Origin: Spirochaetales bacterium
Lineage (GTDB): Bacteria > Spirochaetota > Spirochaetia > SZUA-6 > JAFGRV01
Assembly (NCBI GenBank): GCA_016935735.1
Contig: JAFGQK010000300.1
Coordinates: forward strand, 3,437 to 67,436
DNA: 64,000 bases
Reading direction: 5' to 3'
How positions within the stretch are numbered: the stretch's first letter is position 1; every line of letters starts with the position of its first letter. Positions 26,575 through 38,213 of the stretch are shown here, in pieces. The notes under the pieces were generated by a model that had not been told where the DNA came from, searched no databases, and was given only the letters and a program-made list of their open reading frames with translations. A program made the position numbers and the translations under genes.

Positions 26575-28368
26575 ATGATACAGGAACTGTATAGAACAGA
26601 AAAGATGGAATCAGGAACAGAAATTAAAGAAGAAATAAAGAGAAAAATTTTTATTTCCGATCTGGTCGGTGAATATGTAGCCCTTAAAAAAAAGGGAACA
26701 AAATACTGGGGTTTGTGTCCATTTCATACGGAAAAAACCCCTTCTTTTACTGTGTCACCGGACAAAGAGATGTATTATTGCTTTGGCTGTCATAAGCACG
26801 GGGATATTTTTACCTTTATCATGGAGATGGAGAAAGTATCATTTCCCGAAGCCCTTAAAATTCTGGCGCAAAAAGCACATATCCCCCTTTCTTTTGAATA
26901 CAATAAAGAAAAGGAATCCCGGAAAGAATTGCTTTTAGAGTTATATAATCGGCTTACCATGAGTTTTCACCATCTCCTTTTGAACAGCGAGAATGCCCGG
27001 CATGCAAGATCGTATCTTGAAGAAAGAGGGGTGAAACCTGGAATAATTTCCACATTTCAACTTGGATATGCTCCCGGTGACCGGAACTGGCTTATGAATT
27101 TTCTTAAAAAAAAGAATTACTCGGAAGAATTTATGGAAACATCCGGGTTGTTTACCCGGAGGAATAATGAACTTGTTCCTTATTTTTATTACAGAATCAT
27201 CTTTCCCATTAAAAACACCAGGGGTCAGGTGATTGCATATGGAGGTCGGAGGCTTTCCGAAGGGGGACCGAAATACCTGAATTCGCCGGAAACACTTATA
27301 TTCAAAAAAGGAAATACATTGTTTAACCTGGATCAGGCTCTGATAAGTGCAAAAGAGTCACACTCTATCTACCTTGTAGAAGGGTATATGGATGTCCTGT
27401 CTCTTTTTCAGGCAGGAATAACAAACTGTGTTGCACCACTTGGAACAGCATTTACGGAAAATCAGGCTGGAATACTTAAGAGGTATGCAGATAAAGTAAT
27501 CCTTTTTTTTGATGGTGATGAGGCAGGGGAGAAGGCAGCTTTAAGGGCAATTGAAATTTGTGAAAGTAAAGGTATTGAATCCGGGGTCGTTGAACCTCAA
27601 GAGGGACTTGATCCGGATGATATTTTACAAAAACATGGTATAAATGGATTGAAAAAAATCATAGAATATCCTATAAATAGTTTTAGATACCTTTTAAATC
27701 GGGCGTTTCTCAAATTCAATAGGGAAACTCCAAAGGGAAAAGAGAATATATTTAATTTTATTTTTCCATATTTAAAAAGAATTGATTCTCAGATAAAACG
27801 GGATGGGTATCTATCTATTCTGGCAGAGTCTTTAAAGGTTGATTTTAAATCTGTGTGGAAAGATTTTCAGAACCAGAACCGGTTTATGGAGGTGAAAGAA
27901 GAGAATCCTGCAAAAAAAAACAGTTTCTTTGAATCTATTTCAGAGGAGTTGTTTTTAATGCTGGCTTTAACTGCAAACAGGGATTCATTTGCCGGTGTAA
28001 GGTGCGATCTTGCACTCGATCATCTTACAGATCCCTTTGCACGGGAAATATATATAGCCCTGGAAGAGAATTTCCGGGAAGGCACTACTTCACTGGAATC
28101 GCTTATGGAGAAAATCGAAAATGAGGAATTATCCTCATTAATCGCAGAAAAGAATACATCCAGTGAGTTTTCGTATCACCCGGAGAAACTTATCTCGGAT
28201 GGAGTTTTACGGATAAAACGTCGATTATTATTAAAGAAGAGGGAAGAAATTTCTTTTTTAATAAATAAATACGAAAAAAGTGAACCCTGGAAGATGAAGG
28301 ATCTTCTTGTCGAGAAAATGATACTTGATAAAGAATATGAGGAGATAAGGAAGAATAAAGATGTCTGA
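26575..28368 (+). CDS. dnaG: DNA primase
   Basis: CPFH..EKTPSF..CFGC zinc finger, KYLNSPE, VEGYMDV, DGDEAG Toprim. Confidence 0.97.
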   Translation: MIQELYRTEKMESGTEIKEEIKRKIFISDLVGEYVALKKKGTKYWGLCPFHTEKTPSFTVSPDKEMYYCFGCHKHGDIFTFIMEMEKVSFPEALKILAQKAHIPLSFEYNKEKESRKELLLELYNRLTMSFHHLLLNSENARHARSYLEERGVKPGIISTFQLGYAPGDRNWLMNFLKKKNYSEEFMETSGLFTRRNNELVPYFYYRIIFPIKNTRGQVIAYGGRRLSEGGPKYLNSPETLIFKKGNTLFNLDQALISAKESHSIYLVEGYMDVLSLFQAGITNCVAPLGTAFTENQAGILKRYADKVILFFDGDEAGEKAALRAIEICESKGIESGVVEPQEGLDPDDILQKHGINGLKKIIEYPINSFRYLLNRAFLKFNRETPKGKENIFNFIFPYLKRIDSQIKRDGYLSILAESLKVDFKSVWKDFQNQNRFMEVKEENPAKKNSFFESISEELFLMLALTANRDSFAGVRCDLALDHLTDPFAREIYIALEENFREGTTSLESLMEKIENEELSSLIAEKNTSSEFSYHPEKLISDGVLRIKRRLLLKKREEISFLINKYEKSEPWKMKDLLVEKMILDKEYEEIRKNKDV

Positions 28369-30085
28369 ATTGGAGAATGATCCAGCTGTTAAAAAACTGC
28401 TGGAATTTGCCAGAACAAAAAAAATTATCAGTTTTGACGAGGTAAATGATTTCTTACCGGATCATATCATTAATTCTGAAAAAATGGATGATGTCATTGC
28501 AATCCTGGAAAAGAACAAGATCAAACTCCAGGAAGAACAGATAAACCTTGATTTTGAACTTGAAAAGGTTTCCTCGCAAAAGAAGAAACTGGTAAAACAT
28601 ACAAGGGATTCTGCAATTGATGATCCCATAAGGTTATATCTAAAGGAAATCGGGAAAGAGAATTTACTTACAGCAGAACAGGAAGTGATTCTTTCCAAAA
28701 GAATGGAAGACGGCTCTAATATTGTCAAAGAAGTGATTAAATCTTCAGGCCTTTTCATTAATGAATTGTTTATCATTGCCATGAGAATACTTTCAAAAAG
28801 TGATCCAAGGAATATGAACCTTACAAAGAAGCAAATTTCCGAGTTCCTTGCGGAAAAAAGAAGACTAAACCAGGCATACCTGGAGGCATGTAAAGAAAAT
28901 TTTACTCTTTTAAAACAATATATCGATTACAAGAAAAAGTGTGAATATAACGGAAGGGACATTTTTAAGGATAATGAACTTAAGAACATGAAGAGTAATC
29001 TGCAGAAAAAACTTAAGAATGTTGAAATACATAATGTAGAGATTGGGATCCTTTCGGAGCGGTTTTTTAAAGCAAGAAGGGTGATAAAGAATTTCCGGCG
29101 TGAGCAGGACAGGATTAAAAGAAATTTAAATCTTTCAGAGATAAAGGATTTAAGAGGCCTTATGAGGTCTCTTGCCATTCCCAAGGACAGGGAACAGATA
29201 GAAAAAGATCTGAATACTCCTTCGGATGTAATCAAGAAACAGATCCAGGAATTTTACGAATCCAGAAACAAATTAAGAAATCTTGAGTTTGATTTTGAAT
29301 TAACCACCGATAAAATCATAGAAGAAGCAAATGAAATTGCCCGGGGTAAAATAATGCTGGAAAATGCCAAGAACAGGCTTATAAAGGCAAATCTAAGACT
29401 GGTTGTAAGTATTGCAAAAAAATATACAAACCGGGGATTACATTTTTTTGATCTTGTACAGGAAGGAAATATCGGTCTCATAAAAGCCGTGGAAAAGTTC
29501 GAATACAGAAAGGGATATAAATTTTCCACTTATGCAACATGGTGGATCAGGCAGGCGATTACCAGGTCGATTTCAGACCAGGCAAGAACCATCCGTGTGC
29601 CTGTACATATGATAGAACAGATAAACAAAGTGATACGGGAATCCCGTCAGCTTATGCAGATACTGGGAAGAGAACCTTCAAACGAGGAGATTGCAGAACG
29701 TCTGGGCTGGCCGGTAAGCAGGGTGAAATCGGTGAAAAATGTGGCAAGAGAGCCTATTTCCCTGGAAACCCCGATTGGGGAAGAAGATGATTCTTTATTA
29801 GGAGACTTTATCGAGGATAAGGAAGTAGAGAATCCGGCGAGTCAGACAGCTTTCAAACTATTACAGGAGCAACTGGAAGATGTGCTTAAATCGCTGCCCA
29901 AGCGAGAACAGGATGTCCTTAAAATGAGATTCGGTCTTGAAGATGGCTATTCCCTGACACTGGAAGAAGTCGGTTTATATTTCAATGTCACCAGGGAGCG
30001 TATAAGACAGATTGAAGCCAAGGCTTTACGAAGACTCAGACATCCGAAACGGAGCCGGAAGTTGAGAGATTATCTGGATCATTAA
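28361..30085 (+). CDS. rpoD: RNA polymerase primary sigma factor
   Basis: [47 protein letters not shown]. Confidence 0.98.
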   Translation: MSELENDPAVKKLLEFARTKKIISFDEVNDFLPDHIINSEKMDDVIAILEKNKIKLQEEQINLDFELEKVSSQKKKLVKHTRDSAIDDPIRLYLKEIGKENLLTAEQEVILSKRMEDGSNIVKEVIKSSGLFINELFIIAMRILSKSDPRNMNLTKKQISEFLAEKRRLNQAYLEACKENFTLLKQYIDYKKKCEYNGRDIFKDNELKNMKSNLQKKLKNVEIHNVEIGILSERFFKARRVIKNFRREQDRIKRNLNLSEIKDLRGLMRSLAIPKDREQIEKDLNTPSDVIKKQIQEFYESRNKLRNLEFDFELTTDKIIEEANEIARGKIMLENAKNRLIKANLRLVVSIAKKYTNRGLHFFDLVQEGNIGLIKAVEKFEYRKGYKFSTYATWWIRQAITRSISDQARTIRVPVHMIEQINKVIRESRQLMQILGREPSNEEIAERLGWPVSRVKSVKNVAREPISLETPIGEEDDSLLGDFIEDKEVENPASQTAFKLLQEQLEDVLKSLPKREQDVLKMRFGLEDGYSLTLEEVGLYFNVTRERIRQIEAKALRRLRHPKRSRKLRDYLDH

Positions 30086-30086
30086 T

Positions 30087-30158
30087 AAGTCAGAGGACAG
30101 GGGACCAGAGGGTTGGAAGTCAGAAGACCAGAGAGCCAGCAAGTCAGATGGCCAGAAG
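30087..30158 (+). repeat. Degenerate 8-bp repeat array after rpoD
   Basis: agtcagag, gaccagag, agtcagaa, gaccagag, agccagca, agtcagat, ggccagaa; same unit type as 5756-5867. Confidence 0.7.
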
Positions 30159-30205
30159 GATAAAAGATACGGAATCCTTATAGAACAAAAGAAGGAGTAG
30201 AACAA

Positions 30206-30946
30206 ATGATGCAGGAAGTTTTTACCAAACTCAGAACTCTTCAGGATATTTTATCGAGGAAATTTGAAATTGAAAGGGATATGAAAGAGATCCCTAAAAT
30301 TCTTACCACGAAAATTGAATTATTGAATCGTTTAAAAAAATCATATGTGGATAAGAATGATGAAATTTCATTTAAAAAGCAGAAGATAAAGGACCTGCGG
30401 GGGAAAATGCTGGGAGCAGAAATGGAAAGGGATAAATATGAACAGCAAATGGATCATGTTAAAACACAACGGGAATATGAAGCCCTGGATAAAGAGATTA
30501 AAACAGCGGCAGAAAAAGAATCCGACTTAAGAACTCAACTCCAGAAAGAGGAGAAAATACTCGAAGAGATGGTTTCAAATATTGAAAGAGAAGAGATAAT
30601 GATTAAAAAGCAGGAGGAAGAAATAAAATCCGAACAATCCAGGATTAAACATGAGTTAAAAGAAAAAAGCAAACTCCTTAAGAATCTGGAAAAGGAAGAG
30701 ACGAAAATAACCCCGGGACTGGATGAAGAAATCCTTTTTAAATTTGAAAGAATTATTAAAAGTAAAGCCGGGGTCGGTATTGTGCCGATCATTCAGGGTA
30801 TATGCACAGGATGTCATATGATTCTTACTTCCCAGTTTACCAATGACGTCCGGCTTCTTGAGAAAATAATGTTTTGTCCAAATTGCAGCCGTATTCTTTT
30901 TTACCAGGAAGTTGAAACAGAAGAAGACATAGGAGAAGAGGACTGA
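30206..30946 (+). CDS. Coiled-coil protein with C4 zinc ribbon (CT398/HP0958-like)
   Basis: Long coiled coil with REYEAL.KEI; CTGC..CPNC.RIL. Confidence 0.88.
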   Translation: MMQEVFTKLRTLQDILSRKFEIERDMKEIPKILTTKIELLNRLKKSYVDKNDEISFKKQKIKDLRGKMLGAEMERDKYEQQMDHVKTQREYEALDKEIKTAAEKESDLRTQLQKEEKILEEMVSNIEREEIMIKKQEEEIKSEQSRIKHELKEKSKLLKNLEKEETKITPGLDEEILFKFERIIKSKAGVGIVPIIQGICTGCHMILTSQFTNDVRLLEKIMFCPNCSRILFYQEVETEEDIGEED

Positions 30947-30970
30947 CTTTTATCTAAAAGTGATTATAAA

Positions 30971-31345
30971 AGACGGGCATGATCATCGCTGTTACTTTTA
31001 TGTAACAGAGGAAAGTCCGGGCTCCATAGAGTAAAATACCGGGTAATACCCGGGTCTGCCCTGTAACAGGGTGGAACAGAAAGTACCACAGAAAAAATAC
31101 CGCCGGCACTCAATTATTGAGTGCAAGGTAAGGGTGAAAAGGCGGGGTAAGAGCCCACCACCTGGCCGGCAACGGACAGGGTATGGCAAACCTTATTTGG
31201 AGTAAAGCCAAGCAGCAGAGGATTACTCGTCCATAATCTGCGGGTAGGCTGCATGAACAAAATGTGAAAGCATTCTGTCAAGACAGATGATGATCACTAT
31301 ACCATGAAAATGGTATTTTACAGAACCCGGCTTATATGCCCGTCT
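30971..31345 (+). ncRNA. rnpB: RNase P RNA (type A)
   Basis: P1 AGACGGGCAT/ATGCCCGTCT; GAGGAAAGTCCGGGCTCC; AGGGTGAAA.GG.GGGGTAAGAGCCCACC; ACAGAACCCGGCTTA. Confidence 0.96.
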
Positions 31346-31443
31346 CTTTATTAATTAAGTTTATACACCTCTTTTATAAAAGGAATTGACTTTTTCTTTT
31401 TTTTTCTGTTTAATAAAATCTAACATAGAGAGTTATTATCATT

Positions 31444-32376
31444 ATGAGAAAAGATAAATACATTTATCATTTAAGCGGAAAAAAGAAGAAAAAATGGAGA
31501 ATTGTAATGCTTTTCATCTTTATTTGTTTATTGTGTGCAGCTGGTTATTTTTTTCTTCCGTTTAATAAAATCATACGTTTTTTTTCCGGAAAAGAAAATG
31601 AAATAAATTTAAATAAATTATGGAACAATAAAAATTATGATGAAATTATAAGAATATGCAATGAAAAGCTTTTACAATATCCCCTGCATCCGCTTTATCT
31701 TACCTATAAAGGATTTTCATATTTTTACAAAGCAAAGACAGATACCCAGGAAACAGAAGATCTGTTAACCGAATCAATTCTGGTATTACGAAAGGCAAAG
31801 CTATCGGAAAAATCTCATCTGGAAGGTGAAATCGATTATGTCCTCGGACTGGCATATTTTTTAAAAGGGAAATATTATTATGATCTGACAGTTAAATATA
31901 TGCTTGCTTCCCTGGAAAATAATTATACAGGAATTGATACATACCGGTGCCTGGGGCTTGCATATGGGGGGCTCGGAGATTCCCGGAAAGAACTGGACTT
32001 TTTCTTGAAGGCACTCGAACAGGAAGAAACAGGGTATGCTCTTCTTTCTGTTGGAGAAGCATATTTGAAAAAAAGTGATTATGAAAAGGCAGAGGAATAT
32101 TTATTACGTGCGTTAAATAAAGCAGATGAACCTGAAATTATCGTACAATGCAGATTCAAACTTGGCGAGATATATATGGAAAAGAAGGATTATTTCAAAG
32201 CAGAAGAACAGTATAAGGAAATTATTAGAGTGAATGAAGCTTCTGCAAATGCACATTTTTATTTAGGTGAAGTTTATTATAATTTGAATGACAGGGTGAA
32301 GGCCCGGTCCGAATGGCGGGAAGCATTACGAATTGATCCTTCACATTATGGAGCAAAACTCCGTTATTATAGATAA
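31444..32376 (+). CDS. Membrane-anchored tetratricopeptide repeat protein
   Basis: N-terminal TM; repeated LG..Y...A motifs. Confidence 0.85.
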   Translation: MRKDKYIYHLSGKKKKKWRIVMLFIFICLLCAAGYFFLPFNKIIRFFSGKENEINLNKLWNNKNYDEIIRICNEKLLQYPLHPLYLTYKGFSYFYKAKTDTQETEDLLTESILVLRKAKLSEKSHLEGEIDYVLGLAYFLKGKYYYDLTVKYMLASLENNYTGIDTYRCLGLAYGGLGDSRKELDFFLKALEQEETGYALLSVGEAYLKKSDYEKAEEYLLRALNKADEPEIIVQCRFKLGEIYMEKKDYFKAEEQYKEIIRVNEASANAHFYLGEVYYNLNDRVKARSEWREALRIDPSHYGAKLRYYR

Positions 32377-32439
32377 CTGTTTCTTTCTGAAATAAAGAGG
32401 GTATAATGCCCTTTTATCCGGATATATGGAGGTAATACT

Positions 32440-33474
32440 ATGGGGCTAGGAAATATTTTCGAGATTTTTTCTGCAGATATCGGGATTGATCTCGGAACAT
32501 GCAATACACTCGTGTATGTAAAGGGAAGGGGTATTGTCTTAAGTGAACCTTCTGTTGTAGCAGTGGAAAGGGGAACAAAGAAAGTTCTGGCCGTGGGTTT
32601 TGAAGCAAAAAGAATGCTCTGGAAAACCCCTGGTGAAATTATATGTATCCGTCCTTTAAGAGACGGGGTGATTGCGGATTTTGAAACAACGGAAAAGATG
32701 ATCAGGTATTTCGTCGGGAAGGTTCTTCCAAGACGATGGTTTGTAAAACCACGAATGGCCATTGGGGTACCAACCTGTATTACCGAAGTGGAAAAAAGAG
32801 CTGTCCGTGAGAGTGCAGAACAGGCAGGAGCAAGGGATCCTGTTTATCTTATCGAGGAATCCATGGCTGCTGCCATTGGAGCAGACATCCCGATATCCGA
32901 ACCTGCCGGAAATATGTTATGTGATATTGGCGGTGGTACGACAGAGATATCGGTTATATCCCTGGATGGTATGGTTGTTACCAATTCCATACGTGTCGGG
33001 GGGGATGAGTTTGATGAAGCAATTATAAAACATGTCCGGAACGTTCATAATCTCATTATTGGAGAATCAACAGCAGAGAACATTAAAAAAACGATCGGGA
33101 GTGCTATCCCGGATAAAAAGATTGAAAGAATGGAAATAAAGGGAACTGATGCAATTACAGGACTCCCGAGAAAACTTGAACTCGATTCTGTTGAAGTGAG
33201 GGATGCTTTACAGGAACCGATTAATATAGTCATTGATGAGATTAAAAAAACCCTTGGCCAGACACCCCCGGAACTGGCGGCCGATATTATTGAACGCGGT
33301 ATAGTAATGACAGGGGGCGGATCCCTGCTGAAAGGATTTCCGAAACTCATAGCAAAAGAGACCGGTGTTCCATCGATTCTTGCAGAAAATCCGCTTAACT
33401 GCGTTGCCCTTGGTGCAGGGAAGTATCTTGAAATGATACGGAATAATAATAAGAAACTCTATAATATTATGTAA
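32440..33474 (+). CDS. mreB: Rod shape-determining protein MreB
   Basis: [33 protein letters not shown]. Confidence 0.97.
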   Translation: MGLGNIFEIFSADIGIDLGTCNTLVYVKGRGIVLSEPSVVAVERGTKKVLAVGFEAKRMLWKTPGEIICIRPLRDGVIADFETTEKMIRYFVGKVLPRRWFVKPRMAIGVPTCITEVEKRAVRESAEQAGARDPVYLIEESMAAAIGADIPISEPAGNMLCDIGGGTTEISVISLDGMVVTNSIRVGGDEFDEAIIKHVRNVHNLIIGESTAENIKKTIGSAIPDKKIERMEIKGTDAITGLPRKLELDSVEVRDALQEPINIVIDEIKKTLGQTPPELAADIIERGIVMTGGGSLLKGFPKLIAKETGVPSILAENPLNCVALGAGKYLEMIRNNNKKLYNIM

Positions 33475-34334
33475 TGCGAAGTATCAAATATTTTCTAAAA
33501 AGGTATGTTCATTTAATTATCTTTATTGTTCTTGTATCTCTTTCTTTTATTCTGCTGTTCAGTGCACGGACAGAAGTATTAAAAAGTATAAAATCTTCCG
33601 GGCTTACATTATTTTCATCTTTCCAACTCGGATTTTCAGGAATCTCCGATATTTTTTCCGGTATATCGGGACATTTCCAGGATATAAAAAAGGTAAGAGA
33701 AGAACTGGCATTAACACAGCAAAAACTGGATAAAGCGTATCAGCTTATTGATGAAATCGAGGATTTAAAAAAACAAAATATTAAGCTGAGGGGAGTTATC
33801 GGCTATTCTTTTACCATTCCTTCTCTTTATGATGACAGCATTAGAATTCTTCCAGCCCAGGTTATAGCAAAACAACCCGGGAATTATTCTTCCTGCATGA
33901 CAATAAACAAAGGGAAAAAAGACGGGATAAAAATAAATATGCCGGTAATTGCCCCTTATGAAGAACACCAGGGACTTGTTGGGAAAATTCTAACTGTTGG
34001 AGGAAATACCTCGATTGTCCTGCCTCTTTACAATACATCTTTTTATATTTCTGCACGATTCAAAGATACTGAATACGAGGGACTTATTAATGGATTAGGG
34101 GAAAATATACCCCATATTCTTATGCAATATGTTGCAAAGCATGCAAAAGCAGAGATTAAATACGGTGACCTGGTTATAAGTTCCGGCATGGGAGAACTTT
34201 ATCCCAGGGGAATTCATATTGGAAAAGTAAATGCAATAAAGGCCAAACCCTATGAAACTTCTATGGAATGTGAGATCGTACCGGTAATTGATTTTTCCCG
34301 TCTTGAAAATGTGTATGTTATTATGAAAAGGTAA
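33474..34334 (+). CDS. mreC: Rod shape-determining protein MreC
   Basis: TM + coiled coil, INKGKKDGI, GLVGK, SSGMG..YPRGI.IG. Confidence 0.93.
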   Translation: MRSIKYFLKRYVHLIIFIVLVSLSFILLFSARTEVLKSIKSSGLTLFSSFQLGFSGISDIFSGISGHFQDIKKVREELALTQQKLDKAYQLIDEIEDLKKQNIKLRGVIGYSFTIPSLYDDSIRILPAQVIAKQPGNYSSCMTINKGKKDGIKINMPVIAPYEEHQGLVGKILTVGGNTSIVLPLYNTSFYISARFKDTEYEGLINGLGENIPHILMQYVAKHAKAEIKYGDLVISSGMGELYPRGIHIGKVNAIKAKPYETSMECEIVPVIDFSRLENVYVIMKR

Positions 34335-34338
34335 CTCT

Positions 34339-34845
34339 ATGGGTGAAAAAATGAGATTAACATTCCTTACTTTTTTTCTCATCGTATGTGCATTACTGCT
34401 GCAATCCACATTATTCAGTATCCTCTCGATTGGAGGAGTAAAACCCGACCTTTCACTCATTGTGCTGATTTTTATCAGCTATAAAAGGGGAAATATGGCA
34501 GGCCAATTCACCGGTTTTTCTGCCGGATTAATTGAAGATTTCCTTGGTCTTACCCCGTTAGGATTTCATTCACTGGTAAAAACGCTTATCGGGTTTTTGT
34601 ACGGGTATATCAAAGGAAGGGTAGTGATTGATATTATCGTAATCCCTGTTCTTTTTGTTACCATAGGAACAATAATTAAACTGTTTTTATGCTGGATTGT
34701 ATCATTAATTTTCTCCATTCAGGCAGTATATGTCAGTTTCTTTCATCTGAATACGATAATAGAAATTATCTATAATGCTGTTCTTACTCCTTTTGTCTTT
34801 AGCCTGCTTAATCTTTTTAAATCTTTTAAAACAGGAGAAACATAA
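34339..34845 (+). CDS. mreD: Rod shape-determining protein MreD
   Basis: GVKPDL, GF.AGLIED; multi-TM; operon position. Confidence 0.9.
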   Translation: MGEKMRLTFLTFFLIVCALLLQSTLFSILSIGGVKPDLSLIVLIFISYKRGNMAGQFTGFSAGLIEDFLGLTPLGFHSLVKTLIGFLYGYIKGRVVIDIIVIPVLFVTIGTIIKLFLCWIVSLIFSIQAVYVSFFHLNTIIEIIYNAVLTPFVFSLLNLFKSFKTGET

Positions 34846-34850
34846 AAAAA

Positions 34851-36749
34851 ATGACAATGAATTTACCCGCCAACAGGCTGGTAATAAGAATAAGTAAAGC
34901 AAGAATCCTTTTTATCAATATCCTTATTACTGCATCTTTATCCATCCTTATTATTTATCTCTTTACCCTGCAAATTGTGGAAGGAATTAAATATCAAAAA
35001 CGTGCTAAAGAGATATTAAAAAGAGATATACCGATTATTGCACAGCGCGGACAGATATATGATCGTTATTACGATGTTCCCCTTGTGTACAATATCGATT
35101 CATTTGCAGTGAATGTCATTCCCGGGGATATTCCGGATGAAATAAAAGAAGAAGTATTTTTCCGGCTTGCAAGAGTATTACAAATAGAGGTATCTGATGT
35201 CAAAAAGAAAACTCCGGTGAAATACTATAATAATTACCAGCCCCGGGAAATTAAAAGCGGTGTATCGTATCCTAAAATCGCATATATTGCAGAGCATGTC
35301 GAAGATTTTCCAGGGGTAACATGGCACAATAAACCTATACGGGGATATTTTTTTGTTGATTCCCTTGCACATATTCTCGGGTACACAGGTGATATTACCA
35401 ATGACGAATTGAACACATTATATAACAAGGGTTATACCTTGAACTCGACAATCGGGAAATCCGGGATTGAAAAGCAGTATGATTTTATTTTAAAGGGGAA
35501 AGACGGTAAACGATTTAAGATTGTTGATGTAAAAGAAAAACAACTTACGGCAAAGACAGACGAAGATATACCTCCCGAGCCGGGACAAACCCTTGTTCTT
35601 ACCATAGACCGGCATCTGCAGCTTCTTGCACAAAAGGCCCTTGGTGAGCGTATTGGTGCAGTTGTTGTTTTAAAACCGGCAACAGGAGAAATTCTGGCAA
35701 TGGTTTCATATCCCTGGTTTGATCCGGGTATTTTCTACTCGGAATCTGCCGCTGAAAAGTTTAAAGACTTATCCCTGGACATCCGGTTTCCCTTTTTAAA
35801 CCGGGCCATCCAGGCCCAGTATCCACCTGCATCTGTTTTCAAGATTATCATGTCAACCGCGATGATAGAAGAGGGTTCTTTCCCTATTTCTGATATTATA
35901 AATTGTAAAGGAGAAATGGAACTGGGAGACCGTGTGGCACATTGCTGGAAAGAACATGGACATGGGAAAGTTGATTTTTTTAAGGCCTTTGCCAATTCAT
36001 GCAATATTTACTTCTATACAGTCGGGGTGGAAAATATAAAGATTGATTCCATTGTACGTTATGCAAGGATTTTCGGCCTGGGAAGCCAGACAGGAATAGA
36101 TCTCCCGGAGGAATCCCCGGGGTTCTTGCCTACTCCTGAATGGAAATATAAAAAGGAACATATGAAATGGCTGGGAGGGGATACAATGAATATCTCCATA
36201 GGCCAGGGTTGGGTTACTGTAACCCCGCTTCAGCTTGCAAATGTCGTTGCGATGATTGCAAATGAGGGTACTGTTTACAAACCTCATGTATTAAAACAAA
36301 TACGTGACTCTATTACCGGTGATAGTATCAAAGAAATCCAGAGAGAGGAATTACAGAAAGCGCTTATAAGTAAAAAGACCTTTGAACTTGTCAAAAAAGC
36401 CATGCGTACAGTGGTAACAGATGGGACAGGGTATTTTATCACTACCAGGGCGGTAAAAGTCGCAGGAAAAACAGGCACCCCGGAAACAGGACAGGAAGAC
36501 AGGTATCATTCCTGGTTTGCTTCATATGCCCCTTATGATTCCGATAATCCGGAAGACTATGTTGTGGTTGTCGGGATTATCGAGGCTTCCAATATAGAAG
36601 AATGGTGGGCATCAAGGACAGCCAATATCATCTACCAGGGAATATTCGCCAACCAGACCTATGAAGAGGCACTGGTTACCCTGTATCCCTGGATGAGAAA
36701 CAGAATAAAGCAAGCAGAAGAAACACAGAATACGGCGAGTACTGAATGA
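34851..36749 (+). CDS. mrdA: Penicillin-binding protein 2
   Basis: RGQIYDR, GKSGIEKQY, PPASVFK (SxxK), SCN, KTG. Confidence 0.95.
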   Translation: MTMNLPANRLVIRISKARILFINILITASLSILIIYLFTLQIVEGIKYQKRAKEILKRDIPIIAQRGQIYDRYYDVPLVYNIDSFAVNVIPGDIPDEIKEEVFFRLARVLQIEVSDVKKKTPVKYYNNYQPREIKSGVSYPKIAYIAEHVEDFPGVTWHNKPIRGYFFVDSLAHILGYTGDITNDELNTLYNKGYTLNSTIGKSGIEKQYDFILKGKDGKRFKIVDVKEKQLTAKTDEDIPPEPGQTLVLTIDRHLQLLAQKALGERIGAVVVLKPATGEILAMVSYPWFDPGIFYSESAAEKFKDLSLDIRFPFLNRAIQAQYPPASVFKIIMSTAMIEEGSFPISDIINCKGEMELGDRVAHCWKEHGHGKVDFFKAFANSCNIYFYTVGVENIKIDSIVRYARIFGLGSQTGIDLPEESPGFLPTPEWKYKKEHMKWLGGDTMNISIGQGWVTVTPLQLANVVAMIANEGTVYKPHVLKQIRDSITGDSIKEIQREELQKALISKKTFELVKKAMRTVVTDGTGYFITTRAVKVAGKTGTPETGQEDRYHSWFASYAPYDSDNPEDYVVVVGIIEASNIEEWWASRTANIIYQGIFANQTYEEALVTLYPWMRNRIKQAEETQNTASTE

Positions 36750-38044
36750 AAAGAAGATCTTTTTTTGGATTTGATATTTTTATATTATGTGCAATGCTTA
36801 TGCTTATGGTCATCGGGGTCCTGTTTATCTATTCAAGCGGCGTTTCCTCTACAGGGATATCATATTCCGATGAATATAAAAAACAGATCGTCTGGATCGT
36901 TACCGGGATCATTCTCATGGTCTTAATAATTTCTATAAGAGTATCCCAGTTAAAAGCATTTTCTTTATATATATATGTTTTTTTTATTTTATTACTCATT
37001 CTTACCAAAATTTTCGGGAAGGTGGTAAATGGTGCCCGTTCCTGGATAGGATTCCCTGATATCGGAATTCAGCCATCTGAATTTGCAAAAATTGCCACTA
37101 TATTATTTCTTGCATTCTATTATGACTATATAGGGAAAAAGATCGTAAAACTCAAATATTTTCTCCTGGGTTTTATCATCATCTTATTCCCGGTTTCCCT
37201 TATTCTCATACAACCCGATCTTGGCACTGCAATCGTTTATTTTCCTATTTTTATTATTATGACACTTATAGCCGGTGCCCAGGTAAGACATCTGCTTTTT
37301 TTATTTCTTACAGGGGTTATCCTGATTATTCTTGTTGTCCTTCCCTATATTGAAAGCCAGATAATCAGGGAAGAATATCCTGTATTTTCCATTCTAAAGA
37401 ATATACAGGTTATTTTAATTCTTCTTGCATTTTTATTGTTAATCCTGGGCATTGCTGCATATGGTTTTTTTGCATTTAAAAAGCGGGTATTTTTCTGGAT
37501 TATGTATGGGATGTCGATTCTTACCTTTGCAATTCTGGGTTCGATCGTGCTTGGTTCATTTATTAAGGATTATCAGATTAAACGGATTATTACTTTTTTA
37601 AATCCTTATATAGACCGCCGGGATGCGGGCTGGAATATCATTCAATCTATTACTGCGATTGGTTCAGGTGGGTTATTCGGAAAGGGTTTTCTTATGGGAA
37701 CCCAGAGTCATTACCAATATCTTCCTCAACAGAGTACGGATTTTATTTTTTCGATTATCGCAGAAGAATGGGGATTTTTCGGCGGAATACTGGTGGTTAT
37801 TCTGTTTATGATTATCCTGCTGCGGGGAATATCGGTTATTTCCAATACAAATGACAGGTATGCAGTTTTTGTCGGATTGGGTATTATTACAATGATTTTT
37901 TTTCATGCTGTGATTAATATAGGTATGGCCATGGGTATTATGCCCATTACCGGAATTCCGCTTTTTTTCCTCTCTTATGGAGGATCTTCACTCTGGACAG
38001 CCCTTATCGGAATAGGTATTCTATTGAATATATCATTTAAATAA
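36746..38044 (+). CDS. rodA: Rod shape-determining protein RodA
   Basis: GARSW, QPSEFAK, QPDLGT, TDFIFS..AEEWG, SYGGSS. Confidence 0.95.
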   Translation: MKRRSFFGFDIFILCAMLMLMVIGVLFIYSSGVSSTGISYSDEYKKQIVWIVTGIILMVLIISIRVSQLKAFSLYIYVFFILLLILTKIFGKVVNGARSWIGFPDIGIQPSEFAKIATILFLAFYYDYIGKKIVKLKYFLLGFIIILFPVSLILIQPDLGTAIVYFPIFIIMTLIAGAQVRHLLFLFLTGVILIILVVLPYIESQIIREEYPVFSILKNIQVILILLAFLLLILGIAAYGFFAFKKRVFFWIMYGMSILTFAILGSIVLGSFIKDYQIKRIITFLNPYIDRRDAGWNIIQSITAIGSGGLFGKGFLMGTQSHYQYLPQQSTDFIFSIIAEEWGFFGGILVVILFMIILLRGISVISNTNDRYAVFVGLGIITMIFFHAVINIGMAMGIMPITGIPLFFLSYGGSSLWTALIGIGILLNISFK

Positions 38045-38087
38045 CGTTACCAACGGTGATTATTACTGGCGGGGTTTTACACAGAAA

Positions 38088-38213
38088 GTAAAAGAACACC
38101 TGCAGAGCAGGTGGCTTTTTTTAAATCAAAAGAATCTGAAAGGCATAGCCTTTATAATCAATATAATAAGGAGGAAATAGACTACCTCCAAAGAAAGTGG
38201 CTTCCTTTTGATA
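38088..38213 (-). mobile_element. 126-bp IS200/IS605-like miniature element, copy 2
   Basis: Reverse complement of 1958-2083 with scattered substitutions and the same length; abuts ATGAA (TTCAT on the minus strand). Confidence 0.7.

Noticed and set aside
30998-31189. 63-aa minus-strand ORF
   Set aside because: Antisense to RNase P RNA
25492-38044. mltG-dnaG-rpoD and mre gene blocks as novel
   Set aside because: Ordinary conserved core-gene arrangement
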